Counted from the first letter of the stretch, positions 38,392 through 52,730 are shown. The stretch is 64,000 nt of DNA from Eledone cirrhosa (GCA_964016885.1 OZ024743.1:165912001-165976000); one strand, 5' to 3'. The notes: generated from the sequence alone by a model not told the origin. Program-made: numbers and translations.

Positions 38392-41300
38392 TATTATTAC
38401 TTTTTTTTTTTTTCTCTTCTTTTTTTTTTTTTTTTTTTTTTTTCCAATTCAATGATGTTCCAGAACAATGTAAACGAGATAATTGCCAATTTGGGTTCTG
38501 GAACAAAAGAGATCATTGGCAATAAGGGCAGGGGCCCCAAGTTATCACAACCTGGGCCCGCCCGTCATCGTGCCATTGTAATAGAGCCAAACAGGGCATT
38601 TAGTCTTGGCTGCTGGAACGTACGGACGCTGCTTGACAGGGATTCTTTGGAGCGTCCTGAACGAAGGACCGCTCTTGTTGCGAAGGAGCTTCGACGTTAC
38701 GATCTTGACATCGTGGCTTTGTCTGAGACGAGGTTAGCTGGAGATGGTCATCTTACGGAATTTTGTGGAGAATATACATTCTTCTGGAAAGGAAGAGATG
38801 AAGGAACCAGAAGAGAGGCTGGGGTAGGATTTGCTGTTAAGACTGTACTGGTGAATAAATTAGAAGAATTCCCAGTGGGGATTAGTGAGCGTCTTATGTC
38901 CATGAGAGTTCCGCTGGACAAGGGAAGATATGCTACCCTGGTGAGTGTGTATGCTCCAACTATGAATTCTGTCGATGAAGAAAAACTGTCCTTTTACCAT
39001 GCCTTGAAAGGTGTTTTAAGAAATATCCCTCAGGCAGACAAAGTCATCGTGCTTGGTGACTTTAATGCTAGAGTGGGTAGGGATTTTAACACATGGAATG
39101 TAATCGGAAGGCATGGGGTGGGAAAGTGTAACAGCAATGGTATGCTCTTGCTGCAGATGTGTGAGGAGCTGGATCTGTGTGTTACCAACACCATGTTCCA
39201 ACAAAAGAACAAATTCAAGACCACATGGATGCATCCTGCATCTAAGGAATGGCATCTTTTGGACTACGTCCTAGTCAGGATGCGTGACAGACAGGATGTG
39301 CGGTGTGTTCGTGTTCTTCGTGGAGATGAGTGCTGGACGGACCACCGCCTTGTACGCGCAAAAGTGAATCTAATCACCAAACGTAAAATCCGGGCTCCTG
39401 GTGTTACCCTGCCCAAAAGATTGAATGCTGCTCGTCTTAAGGATAAAAATGTGAAGAGGACATTGGAAGAAGAGATGCAGGCTGCAGATCTTGGTGAGGA
39501 TTGGCCGACCCTTAAAAAGTCGGTTTATGATGTAGGCAGACGTGTTCTGGGATTGGTGCAGAGAAAACATCAGGACTGGTTTAATGAGAAAGATGTGCAT
39601 ATAGATGACTTGTTGGCTGATAAGAGGCGCGCTCTGTCACGCTACTTGACGGCAAGGCCACAGGAGAGGAATACGTTGCATGAGGAGCTCAGGGATGTAA
39701 AATCACGTGTTAGGCGGAGTCTTTCTCAGATGAAGGATCAGTGGTGGAGTGAGAAGGCTGGTGAGATACAAACTGCGTCTGATTGCAATAACACAAAGCT
39801 GTTGTACAGTCTCTTGCGTGAGGTTTATGGACCGTCTTCTTCTCTGGTGACACCGATTCGCAGCAGGGATGGCAAAGAACTTCTTCGTGACTCACAGGGA
39901 ATTCTACGAAGGTGGCGAGAGCACTTTGATGATCTTTTGAATCAGCCGTCTGTCGTCAGTGAAGATTTCCTCAATCTCATTCCGGAAAGTCCTGTGAAAG
40001 TAGCTCTCGCAGAACCTCCGACACTTGTGGAGGTTGCAGTGGCTATTTCGAAGCTGAACAGTGGAAGATCTCCAGGTATGGATGGCATACATGCTGAGCT
40101 CCTACAATATGGTGGTGAGAGACTCCTGCAACATCTTCACTCTCTGTTTGGAGGGATATGGGCTAATGAATCCGTGCCTGAGGACTGGAGAGATGCAGTA
40201 ATGGTGGTCTTGTACAAGGGAAAGGGTAACAGGAATGATTGTGGGAACTACAGAGGTATATCATTGCTTTCTGTCGTGGGGAAAGTTTTATGTAGGGTGC
40301 TTCTGGACCGTCTGCTGACACACATTGCAGATTGTGTCCTTCCTGAAAGTCAATCTGGTTTTCGTGTTGGACGCGGCACTACTGATATGAACTTCTCAGC
40401 TAGACAGCTCCAGGAGAAGTGCATTGAACAGGGCTTGGATCTGTATCAGGTTTTTGTCGATCTGACAAAGGCTTTCGATACTGTCAACAGAGATGCATTA
40501 TGGAAGGTTCTCCAGAAACTTGGTTGCCCTGATAAGTTCCTTGCTTTAGTTAGGTCTTTCCATGACGACATGAAGGCTTGGGTTAATGTCGGAGGTAACA
40601 TGTCGGAGCCTATCTCAGTAAAAAATGGAGTGAAACAGGGGGATATTCCAGCACCGACCCTGTTTGCCATATACTTTGCAATGGTTTTCTGTATTGCATT
40701 CAGGAATTGCGAGCATGGTGTTTACATCCGATATCGAACCTCAGGCAGCATATTTAACATCAGGCGCTTTGCTGCGAAGACAAAAGTATTTACATCAGTC
40801 ATAAGAGACCTCTTGTATGCAGATGATTGCGATCTTGTAGCGCACACAGAGAGTGATATGCAGCACATTTTGAATGTATTTTCTGACGCTTGCACTGCCC
40901 TGGGTTTGACTGTCAGTCTCAAGAAAACCGTCGTCATGTACCAACCTGCACCTGGTGGGCAGTACACTGAACCAAACATCTATGTGTATGGCAAACGACT
41001 TGGAGTGGTTGATCAGTTTGTCTACCTGGGAAGCACTGTCAATCGATACGGCAACCTTGACGGTGAAATCTCACTTAGGATTAGGAAAGCAAGTGATGCT
41101 TTCGGAAAGCTAGAAAGGCGACTCTGGGGTCGGCGAGACATATGCAGGAGGACAAAGGTAAAGGTGTACAGGGCATGTGTACTCTCTTGTCTTCTTTATG
41201 CCTGCGAGACCTGGGTCACATATCGACGCCACCTTAAGCAATTGGAGCGTTTCCATCAGATGTGTCTCAGACGGATACATGGCGTTCACTGGAGGGACCA

Positions 41301-42005
41301 CATCAGTGATGTCGAGATTTTGGAAAGCTCTATGTGTGACAGTATAGAAGCTCTTGTGCTTAAGCAGCGACTCCGTTGGAGTGGTCACCTTGCCAGGATG
41401 AAGGATTCTAGAATACCAAAACAACTCTTCTATGGAGAGTTGGTTAAAGGAAAACGACCGCCACATAAGCCAAAAAAGAGGTATAAGGATTCCTTGAAGG
41501 CCTCTCTGAAAGACGCTAACATCTCTGCTGATACATGGGAAAATATTGCTGCTGATCGTAATAAATGGAGAAAGACTGTATATGAGGGAAAAGTTGCCTT
41601 TGAGGCATCTCGAATCGCACACGAGAAAGTAAAGCGGGACGTGAGGAAGGGTATTGCTGTTGCACTTCCAGACGGCGAGGGTCCTCCTATGTTTCTGACA
41701 TGCAGCGTCTGTGCGAGACTCTGCCTAAGCAAAGCTGGACTCGAAAGTCATCTTCGCAGTCATAAAGTAAGACCAGTGGTTGACTACCAGGCTGCTGTTG
41801 GAGATGCTACTCATCATGCTTGCCAAACATGTGGTAGAGAATGTAAATCAGCAGGAGGACTCAAGCGACATGCAAAAGTACACGAACTCCAACCACAGCC
41901 GACTATTCCCAGTAAATGTTTTGGTTGCCGACTCTGTGCAAGACATTTTAGATCATTGGCTGGGCTAAAAAGCCACATTCGATCGCAGCACTGTTAGTTG
42001 CTATC

Positions 42006-42043
<38 letters not shown>

Positions 42044-42258
42044 GCTTATGTGCGTGCGTGTGTGTGTATATATATATGAATATGTATATTATTATTGTTG
42101 TTGTCGTTATTATTATTATTGCTATTATTATTATTATTATTATTGTTATTAATGTATGTGTGTATATATGTGTGAGTGTATGTGTATGTATGTGTGTGTG
42201 TATATATGTATGTGTATGTATGTGTGTATATATATGTGTATATATATATATATGTATA

Positions 42259-42291
<33 letters not shown>

Positions 42292-42443
42292 CTTTTCCCT
42301 TTTTTTTTTTTATTTATTTATTTTTTTTTTTTTTTATTTATTATTATTATTATTATTGTTATTGTTATTATTATTATTATTATTTTTTTTTTTTTTTTTT
42401 TTATTGTGCAATGGCCATACTCGATAACGAGGGGGCAGCCATC
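38054..42443 (+). mobile_element. Full-length RTE-clade LINE
   Basis: Structured 5' leader, single long ORF, microsatellite-filled 3' UTR, terminal motif at 42412-42443. Confidence 0.9.
38452..41997 (+). CDS. RTE LINE polyprotein: APE endonuclease + RT + three C2H2 zinc fingers, 1181 aa, uninterrupted
   Basis: WNVRTL, ALSETR, LGDFNARVG, WTDH, NYRGISLLS, FVDLTKAFD, GVKQG, LLYADD, LRWSGH; three Cx2C-x12-Hx3/4H motifs. Confidence 0.96.
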   Translation: MMFQNNVNEIIANLGSGTKEIIGNKGRGPKLSQPGPARHRAIVIEPNRAFSLGCWNVRTLLDRDSLERPERRTALVAKELRRYDLDIVALSETRLAGDGHLTEFCGEYTFFWKGRDEGTRREAGVGFAVKTVLVNKLEEFPVGISERLMSMRVPLDKGRYATLVSVYAPTMNSVDEEKLSFYHALKGVLRNIPQADKVIVLGDFNARVGRDFNTWNVIGRHGVGKCNSNGMLLLQMCEELDLCVTNTMFQQKNKFKTTWMHPASKEWHLLDYVLVRMRDRQDVRCVRVLRGDECWTDHRLVRAKVNLITKRKIRAPGVTLPKRLNAARLKDKNVKRTLEEEMQAADLGEDWPTLKKSVYDVGRRVLGLVQRKHQDWFNEKDVHIDDLLADKRRALSRYLTARPQERNTLHEELRDVKSRVRRSLSQMKDQWWSEKAGEIQTASDCNNTKLLYSLLREVYGPSSSLVTPIRSRDGKELLRDSQGILRRWREHFDDLLNQPSVVSEDFLNLIPESPVKVALAEPPTLVEVAVAISKLNSGRSPGMDGIHAELLQYGGERLLQHLHSLFGGIWANESVPEDWRDAVMVVLYKGKGNRNDCGNYRGISLLSVVGKVLCRVLLDRLLTHIADCVLPESQSGFRVGRGTTDMNFSARQLQEKCIEQGLDLYQVFVDLTKAFDTVNRDALWKVLQKLGCPDKFLALVRSFHDDMKAWVNVGGNMSEPISVKNGVKQGDIPAPTLFAIYFAMVFCIAFRNCEHGVYIRYRTSGSIFNIRRFAAKTKVFTSVIRDLLYADDCDLVAHTESDMQHILNVFSDACTALGLTVSLKKTVVMYQPAPGGQYTEPNIYVYGKRLGVVDQFVYLGSTVNRYGNLDGEISLRIRKASDAFGKLERRLWGRRDICRRTKVKVYRACVLSCLLYACETWVTYRRHLKQLERFHQMCLRRIHGVHWRDHISDVEILESSMCDSIEALVLKQRLRWSGHLARMKDSRIPKQLFYGELVKGKRPPHKPKKRYKDSLKASLKDANISADTWENIAADRNKWRKTVYEGKVAFEASRIAHEKVKRDVRKGIAVALPDGEGPPMFLTCSVCARLCLSKAGLESHLRSHKVRPVVDYQAAVGDATHHACQTCGRECKSAGGLKRHAKVHELQPQPTIPSKCFGCRLCARHFRSLAGLKSHIRSQHC

Positions 42444-42616
42444 ATGTATGTATGTATGTATATGTGTATGTATGTATATATATGTATGTACACGTATATG
42501 TATGTATGTATATATGTATATATGTATATGTATGTATGTATATATATATGTATGTATATGTATGTGTGTATGTGTATATATATATGTATGTATATATATA
42601 TGTATATATATGTATG

Positions 42617-42647
<31 letters not shown>

Positions 42648-42839
42648 ATATATATATATGTATGTATATGTGTATATATGTATGTATGTATGTGTATATG
42701 TATGTATATGTATATATGTATGTATATATATATATGTATGTATGTATGTGTGTATGTATGTATATATATATATATGTATGTATATATATATGTGTATATA
42801 TATATATGTATGTATGTATATATATATATATGTATATGT

Positions 42840-45800
42840 TTTCTCTTTCTCTTAATTTTGAGTATATTTTTTTGACCGGCCACCTTCCTGGTGGCAAGGT
42901 TGTAAAAGAAAAGAAATTGTCATCCCTTGAATCGCAAGAATGTTTTGCAAATTTTGAAGGTGCCAGCTATCACAGCCATTTGTAGACTATGAATTAGGGA
43001 GCTGCGCTTTTTGTCCGCAAATCCAAGTTCAGTCATACTTTGGTCCAAGCGGGTTGGTATATAACCCGTAGCACCAATAATGATGGGTATGAAGCTAAAG
43101 GTGTATCTTGGATACTGGATTTGTAAACTCCTCATCAATGGTCCGTAGATGTCCTCCTTCTCCTGTATTTTTCTGACATCGTTTACATCAAGTGGGCAGC
43201 TGATCTCCACAACAGAACACGTTTTCAATGTGTGGTCCCAAACTACAATATCAGGCCGGTTGTGCTTTCATTTGGTGGCAGTTTTTATTTTCAGGTTCCA
43301 CCAGTATTCCTTAGTGCCATCTGTCTCAATATATTCTTCCTCGTTTGTTGTTAATTTTGTTTTCCGAAGTGCGTTCCAGATGGTTCTAGCTATCCCATCG
43401 TGTCTCATGGGGAGGTAGTAGCGAGATGACATTCTTTCGCAGCTGGCAACAATGTGGCTTACATCCTCGATCTTTGTTTTACATAGCCTACATTTATTGT
43501 CAGCTGCTGGCCCTCCTCTTTTGTGCAGCAGATATTTGGTAGGGAGTTCTTGTTCCTGTATTGCATAGAGATATCCCTCAAGGTGTGATGTCATAAACTT
43601 GTCGGAACTCCATGCCAGGCTTTTTGAGTGGTTTATCCCCTCTATGGTCTGTGTTTTACGCCTCAAGTATCCATGCACAACTTTTTCTGTAAATTGGTCA
43701 ATTTTTTTTTCTTGTTTGAACATTGAATAGGATCTTCCGATTTCTCTGGGTGAGAGATTTATATCAGGCTTTATTCCATATCTCTCCTCCAGATCAGTCG
43801 CTATTCTAATGATATTTCTTTTTTCATGGTCATAAACCTGGGCAAGATGGTTGCTAACCTTTTTCCTCTGTTGAAGGTGTTGCTTCAGTGTCACTATCCG
43901 GGTCTCATATGTTGTTAATATTGATTTTAGACCCCGGCCACCTTCTTTGCGTGAGAAGTATAGCCTATCCACATCACCATTGATGTTAAAGTTCCCAGTA
44001 ACACTGAGAAGTTTTCGAGTTCTAACATCCATCTCACTTAGTTCTTGCAATGACCAGTTCAGTAGGCCAAATGTTGGCGTTAGAATTGGCACAGCATAAG
44101 TATTGTGGGCAATGTATTTGTTGTATGCTGACAGTTCTGATGACCATATTTTCTTTACTCTTCTGAGGTATTCAGTTCTGGTTCTCTCCTTATTTATGGG
44201 TCCATCATATCTGACATTCTCATCCTGTCCAAGATGTCTGTAGTTTTCACCTGACTGCAGAGGTTGTATTGTCAGGCCGTTCATCTCTAGATTTCTAGAG
44301 GAGGGCACAGATCTTCCACGTTTTACTGCCAAATATGCACACTTGGACTCACCAAATTTCATTTTGATGTCGGTTGAAAATTGTGTAATGAGGTCCAATT
44401 GTTTCTTGATGTCATTGATATTTGGCCCATACAACTTCAGGTCATCAACAAAGAAAAGATGGGAGATACTTCTGGTCCTACTTCTTTGTCCACCTTGTTT
44501 CCTGAGTAGGTAAGATAGTGGATTCAGTGAGAGAACGAAGAGTAGCACTGACAAGCTATCACCCTGAAAGATGCCCTTCTGGTAATGTATCTTATCAGTC
44601 TTAACCTGCTCCTTCTCACCTCTAATGATCAAACTGGTGTACCAGTTCTTGGTCAGGCGTTCAACAGCAGCTACCAATGGTTGTGGGACTTTAGCTAACT
44701 GTAAAGCCTTAACAATCCACCCATGAGGTACACTATCAAATGCTTTTTGATAGTCCAGCCACACGACAGTCATGTTTCTGCGATTCTTTGTTGTTTTTTC
44801 CTGAATCATTTTGTTAGTTAGTAGGTGATCTATGCAACCCCACACCTCCCTCTTTCCACCAGCTTGCTCAGGTGTTATGATGTTGTTGGTAGCACAGTGA
44901 TCCTGTAAGAACAGGTTAAGGCACCCAGTATATAATTTATACATGATGTTTTGGCAGGCAATTGGACGGTAATTTTTAGCAAGGGTGGTTTGGCTATTTT
45001 GGGGAATGAGGAGAGTAGAGGCAGTTGATAACCATCTGGGCAGTTCTTGTGTGCCCTTAATGGTTTCTGTAAACAGCCGTATGAGATCTTGCCGATAGAA
45101 AGTGAAATTCTTCAACCAGTATCCTGTAATGAGGTCTGGGCCTGGCGATTTCCTATTCGACATTTTCTGTAGAGCTGTTTCCAGTATTGACCCATCTATG
45201 TCATATTGTTTTGTCTGGACATGTTGGCAGTAGTCCTGTTCCAGTTCTTTTAGCCAATTAGCTTGTCTGTTGAATCCGTCATCCGTTTCCCATACAGATC
45301 TCCAGTAGCACTCAACCTGTTCTTTTGAAGGGGTGTCATTTACAGAGATTGAGCTTTTGCCACCGAAGCTGCGATAAACTGATTTAGGATCTCTGGCAAA
45401 CAATCTATTTAGCACTTGTCGTTTATGTGCTGTTGACTTATATTTTAGTCTTTCTGTTGTAGCTGTGAGTTGTTGTTTTAACTGGTGTAATTTGGAGTTC
45501 AAAGTTTTAAATTTTGTATCTCCAAATCTTCTCTCTAACTTTTTCTTTAGGTCTTCCTGGTGTCGTGTGAAGTTGCTCTCTATGTTGCATTTCATAACGA
45601 CTGCGATGTGTGAGATACTTCGTCTCAGGGACAAAATTTTGGTTTTTAAATTTCGCATCCACGCTGGTTCAGGCTTTCTGTTTGTATCTTGATTGCGTGG
45701 TTTTAGATGTGTGTTATATGATAGCAATGTGACAGCTGAAACATATAACAAAACATTAAGCGTTTCAAATGTCGTTTCTACACCTTTAGATCGTATAGCC

Positions 45801-47064
45801 TTCAGATAATTGCCAGCTATTTCGTTCACCGCTTCCAATTCCATTTTAGTGGGTTCTTTACTGACTCTAGTGTTGTATGGTCTGTCACTCACATTAAGGC
45901 TGTGTATCTCTTGAAACATATCATTCCATATCACTTGTAGGGAGCCCACAAGTTTTTGGTGCTCTGTTTGTTCAGTAGAGTCATGAATTTCAGCCTCGTT
46001 GTTGATGTGGTGACAATTACTACTAGAGTCAGCTGACCTTTCTCGCTGTTCTTCAGTGGAAGTGGGATGAATTTCAGCAAAATTGTTGGTGAGCTGTTCA
46101 CTGTTAGATTTAGCTGGCCATTCTCTATGTCTGTGAGTGGAGGTGGGGTGGTTGTCTACAAGGGCTGTATTTGTAGTATCACTCGATTCCGTTAGATGTA
46201 TCAATTTACATCTAATGATACGTTTTGCCTGTTCATTTAAATGCTTTGGAGAAAAGTCTAATTCTGGGTGTTTGGAGTTCCATAAAGTTTTTAGCCTTTG
46301 CATAAAACCGAACTTTTGGGGTTCAGATTGTTTGTATGCTTCATATAATACTTTGTTAAGCTCGTAGCTCCACTGTGTACAACGGTTGTAATTGCGATTT
46401 GGTCGAAGGAGACTTGTACTTTTTGCCATGATGAGTTCGTCTATTCACTAATATTTCGTATTTATTTTTCAAAATAGTCGATGATCTTCTTTAAAAGTTA
46501 CGACAAGTTCTGTCAGAATCAAATTTAAAGTTATTCACAGCTTGAGTAATATTTCTTTTCAGTTAGTTTTTAATTCTACAACTGTGTTTTAAACGTTGCT
46601 CTTGAATCGTTTGAATCGAGAACAAAAAGAACCGTTACTTAGTATATTCCTTTATGAATGTAATATAATATAACAACGCTGTATTTATATGTTAAAGTTT
46701 ATGTATCATTCATATAAATAGGTGTTCTACAACCTATTCACAACATATTCACAGTTCAAACACTTATATTTTTGTTTCTGAATCGAAAACGTTACTTGTA
46801 TATTTCTTTATAAATGTAATATAACAACGTTACATTTATATGTTAAAGTGTATGTATCGTTCATATATCATAAGTGTATGTATCGTTCATATAAATAGGT
46901 GTTTTACAACACACTTACAGTTCAAACACTTATGTAGAATTATTGTATGTAATCTTACCGCGTAATGTAGCTCAACTTTTTCCAATATATGGTATGTTGC
47001 CTTCATGTAAGCCGTAATTACACACGTCCGATTATCGGACACTGACCACAACGGTCGCCATTAT
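42840..47064 (-). mobile_element. R4/Dong-like LINE with restriction-like endonuclease
   Basis: Single ORF with RT, CCHC, RHD and PD..E.K motifs; short 3' UTR with gccacc/ggtggc hairpin; duplicated block in the 5' UTR; 5' boundary uncertain. Confidence 0.88.
42920..46429 (-). pseudogene. RT + CCHC + RLE ORF interrupted by one in-frame TGA at 43268-43270
   Basis: NYRPIAC, LDYQKAFDSVPH, GIFQGDSLS, FVDDLKLY, CRLC...HIVASC, RHD; continues in frame KHNRPDIVVW...EISCP. Confidence 0.92.
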
Positions 47065-47419
47065 ATGTATGTATGTATATATATATGTATGTATATATAT
47101 ATGTATGTATATATATTTATATGTATGTATATATATATGTATATATATATATGTATGTATATATGTATGTATGTATATATATATATATATGTATGTATAT
47201 ATATATGTATGTATATATGTATATATGTATATATATATATGTGTATGTATGTATATATGTATGTATGTATGTGTGTATGTATGTATATCTTTGTATGTAT
47301 GTATGTGTGTATATGTATATATGTATATATGTATGTATGTGTATATGTATGTATGTGTATATGTATGTATATATATGTATATGTGTGTGTATGTATGTAT
47401 ATATATATATATATGTATG

Positions 47420-47454
<35 letters not shown>

Positions 47455-47571
47455 ATATATATATATGTATGTATGTGTATATATATATATGTATGTATGT
47501 ATATATATATATATGTGTGTATGTATGTGTGTATGTGTATGTATGTATATGTTTATATGTGTATGTATGTG

Positions 47572-47603
<32 letters not shown>

Positions 47604-47623
47604 TATATATATATATATGTATG

Positions 47624-47671
<48 letters not shown>

Positions 47672-47735
47672 CATGTATGTATATATATATGTATGTATAT
47701 GTATATGTATATATATATATATGTATGTGTGTATG

Positions 47736-47824
<89 letters not shown>

Positions 47825-47897
47825 ATGTATATATATGTATGTATGTATGTATATGTATATATGTATGTATGTATATATATATATATGTATGTATATA

Positions 47898-47930
<33 letters not shown>

Positions 47931-47963
47931 ATATGTATGTATATGTATATATATATATGTATG
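47065..47963. repeat. Compound TA/TATG microsatellite
   Basis: Direct inspection. Confidence 0.97.
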
Positions 47964-48688
47964 TTTCGTTCTTTGTACCTTTTACCCTTTCTCGTTCTTT
48001 GTACCTTTTACCCTTTCTAGCAGTCTCTCTCTCTGTTAGCCTCCTCCTCCACTTTCACTCACTCATTCTCTGTCACTACCTCTCCTCCTCCTCTTTCCTC
48101 CTCCTTCAAGTTTGACCTGTGTGTAATTCTTTTCTCGCGCGTTCTTGGTCAAGCCGGTATGGAATTTTTTTCTCTCTCTCTCTTTCGTCTGCGACTTCAC
48201 AAAACTTATGTTTACCGAATTCGTAGACCAGACCCCTTCTTCTTCTTCTTCTTCTTCTTCTTCTTCTTCTTCTTCTTCTTCTTCTTCTTCTTCTTCTTCT
48301 TCTTCTTCTTCTTCTTCTTCTTCTTCTTCTTCTTCTTCTTCTTTTTCTTCCCCCCGTTAGACTTGTGCGAAATTCCTTCCTTGCTCACATTTCAACCAGG
48401 TTTGATGGTCTTTTGTCTCTTGTTCACGATTTCACCGAGTTTATATTCATAGAGATCTGGGACATGTCTATTTCTTCTCACTTTCCGTTGCTTAAACCAT
48501 TTTGTTTGTTACCCTAACGTCCCCTTTATTTACGTGTCCCAACGACTTTTTTTAGCCGTTGTTCGCACCAACCCGAGGCATATGGCCCTTAAAGCGATGA
48601 AATGCCGAGGACGGTTGGAGGGTCACTGATGAAGGACTTACTTTTTCATATGCACCACCATTTGCAACGCGCAGCCATCATTAGTATC

Positions 48689-48689
<1 letters not shown>

Positions 48690-48744
<55 letters not shown>

Positions 48745-49223
48745 ATGTATATGTGTATGTGTGTATGTATATATATGTATATATGTATGTATATATATGT
48801 ATGTATGTATGTATATATGTATGTATGTATATGTATATGTATGTGTATATGTATGTATATATATATATGTGTGTGTATGTATGTATGTATATATATATAT
48901 ATGTATATATATATATGTATGTACATATATATATGTATGTATGTATATATATATATATGTGTATGTACATATATATATGTATGTATGTATATATATATAT
49001 GTATGTATATGTGTGTATGTATATATATGTATATATGTATGTATATGTATATATGTATGTATGTATGTATATATATGTATATGTATGTATGTATGTATGT
49101 ATATATATGTATGTATGTATATATATGTATGTATGTATATATATATGTATGTATGTATATATATATGTATGTATGTATATATGTGTATGTATGTATATAT
49201 ATATATGTATGTATGTATATATG

Positions 49224-49254
<31 letters not shown>

Positions 49255-49616
49255 ATATATATCTATGTATGTATATATATATATATATGTATGTATGTGT
49301 ATATGTATGTATGTGTGTATATGTATGTATGTATATATATATATGTATGTATATATGTGTATGTATGTATGTATGTATGTATGTATATATATATGTATGT
49401 ATATATGTATATATGTATGTATGTATATATATATATGTATATATATATATGTATGTATATGTATATATATGTATGTATGTGTATATATGTATGTATGTAT
49501 ATATAATGTATGTATATGTATATATGTATTTATATATATATGTATGTATGTATATATATATGTATGTATATGTATATATGTATCTATGTGTATACGTATG
49601 TATATATATATGTATG

Positions 49617-49698
<82 letters not shown>

Positions 49699-49795
49699 TA
49701 TATATATATATATGTATGTATGTATATATAAATATGTATGTATGTATATATAAATATGTATGTATGTATGTGTAAATATGTATGTATGTATATAT

Positions 49796-49871
<76 letters not shown>

Positions 49872-50000
49872 GTATGTATATATATAAATATGTGTATGTA
49901 TATATCTATGTATGTATATGTATGTGTGTATGTATGTATATGTATGTATGTATGTATATGTATATATGTATGTATATATATATGTATGTATATATATATG

Positions 50001-50031
<31 letters not shown>

Positions 50032-50162
50032 ATATATATATATATGTATATATATGTATATATATGTATGTATATGTGTATGTATGTATGTATATGTATG
50101 TATGTATGTATGTATATATGTATGTATGTATGTATATATATGTATATATGTATATATATGTG

Positions 50163-50212
<50 letters not shown>

Positions 50213-50510
50213 TGTATGTATGTATATGTATGTATGTATATATATGTATGTATGTATATATATGTATGTATGTATATATGTATATGTATGTATGTATGTA
50301 TGTATATATATATATATGTATGTATGTATTTATATATATATATAGGTATGTATTTATATATATATATGTATGTATGTATATGTATATATATATGTATATA
50401 TATATATGTATGTATATGTATATATGTATATATATATATGTATGTATGTATATGTATGTATGTATGTATATATATATATGTATGTATGTATTTATATATA
50501 TATATGTATG

Positions 50511-50547
<37 letters not shown>
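48690..50547. repeat. Compound TA/TATG microsatellite, ~1.9 kb
   Basis: Direct inspection. Confidence 0.97.
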
Positions 50548-50548
<1 letters not shown>

Positions 50549-51001
50549 AGGGCAAGGGAGCTCTTAAGAGTCAATAGCCATCCAAAATCACCGGGAGAGA
50601 TGACCCCTTAGCCTTTGTCAAGGCAGAATTCTAGGAGAAGGAAAACTCTGATATAACACCTGCAACCCTGATGGTATCCAATGATGTTGACTTGTTCTTC
50701 TTTTTGGTAAATATCATCTTGGTTAAGAGAGTGGGACTGGCTTTGTGCAGTGCCTTTGCTCACTATAAAAGCTTCACGGCACAGGCATTGCTTTATATCT
50801 GGAGATCTCTCTGCACTTGTCATCACATAGTACCATGGGCCCTGCACTATGTGTCAATAATGGTCACAAGTGTAGTGTTTGTACCAGAGTTTTCAAGTCG
50901 CTGGCTGGACTAAAAAGTCACATTCGTTCAGCGCATCGGTAGGAGTTCTCCTACATGGATATAAAGTAGTGGCCGTACTCGAAAACGAGTTGGCAGCCAC
51001 C
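50548..51001 (+). mobile_element. Second copy of the bipartite RTE-related element
   Basis: About 4-5 differences from 37062-37515; same 5' truncation point. Confidence 0.85.
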
Positions 51002-51025
51002 ATATGTCTTTATATATATGTATAC

Positions 51026-51640
<615 letters not shown>

Positions 51641-52440
51641 ATGTATTGTGTACAAGCTTATATGTATGTGTGTAGATATGTATATGTGTGGATATATGTA
51701 TATGTATGTATAGGAATGTATGTGTGTGCGTGTGTACATATGGTTATGTATGTGTGTCTGTGTGAGTATATATACATATGTTTCTTTAGGTATATGTGTG
51801 TATGTCCACACACGCACGTAGGTGAAATACACACTTGTGAATATTAGTATATATTAGTATATATACATATAGATACATGTCTGGGTGTTAATTAATTGGT
51901 CATTGAGCCACACCGTGAATGGTTGCCAAAAACATATATATATATATCTATGGCTCTGTCTAATTTATGTGTATGTAAACCTCTATATTTTATATACTCC
52001 CGTAAGTTTGAGTAAAACTTTAGGCAGTATTCGGCTGCGCTTTCTAGCAACTAGCCTACTCACCGTCAGGCACCAATCACAAACTTTCTGACTTGACCAT
52101 GTGACAATTCTTAGTCATTTTGAATTCGTTTCTGGCGGGGATCATTTAAGAAAAATCTTTGTCCAATTGAGTTTGTTTCCTGATGATTTTGAAACTCGTT
52201 GATTTATCCATGATCGGATATTTCCAAAAAGCGAATGAAACCCCCGGGGGTAGAAACATGATTTTGGTATATTTATGTACATTTTTTCTCATATCTTTGA
52301 TTTTGTACCTAATTGTGTATGGTTAACTATATGTCTAGTCAATTTCTACGGGCTATTAGAAACACTAGGTAAATCTTATGTGGCTGTTAATCGCGGATAA
52401 AATAGCTATCATTTATTTATCTATTATTTCTTCATAGGTA

Positions 52441-52560
52441 ACTGAGTTCAAATCCCGCCGAGGTTAACTTTGCCTTTCATCATTACGGGGTCGATAAAAT
52501 AAAGTACCAGTAATGTACTGGGTAATTACTGGCCTTGTGCCAAAAGTAGAAACAATTATT
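52441..52560 (+). mobile_element. tRNA-derived SINE (octopus-type), partial
   Basis: Box B gagttcaaatcc followed by gaggttaactttgcctttcatc...gtcgataaaataaagtaccagt. Confidence 0.75.
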
Positions 52561-52678
52561 TCTTCATGGGTACATTTTAAACTTATAGCCTCGTTGTTTA
52601 GTTGATTTTTATGTGGTTGATTATGCTGATTGGGAGAAGAAATACTGTATATATTTTATCAAATGATTCTATGAACTT

Positions 52679-52730
<52 letters not shown>

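Noticed and set aside
43268-43270. TGA as selenocysteine in the R4-like ORF
   Set aside because: The 3' UTR is short and I see no SECIS-like structure; a point mutation is simpler
48580-48680. CTGATGA at ~48626 with an upstream GAAA
   Set aside because: Could not build consistent stems in any hammerhead topology
52175-52205. CTGATGA-tttt-GAAA-ctcg-TT minimal hammerhead-like string
   Set aside because: No stem II, only 2 bp of stem I, and no second copy to test
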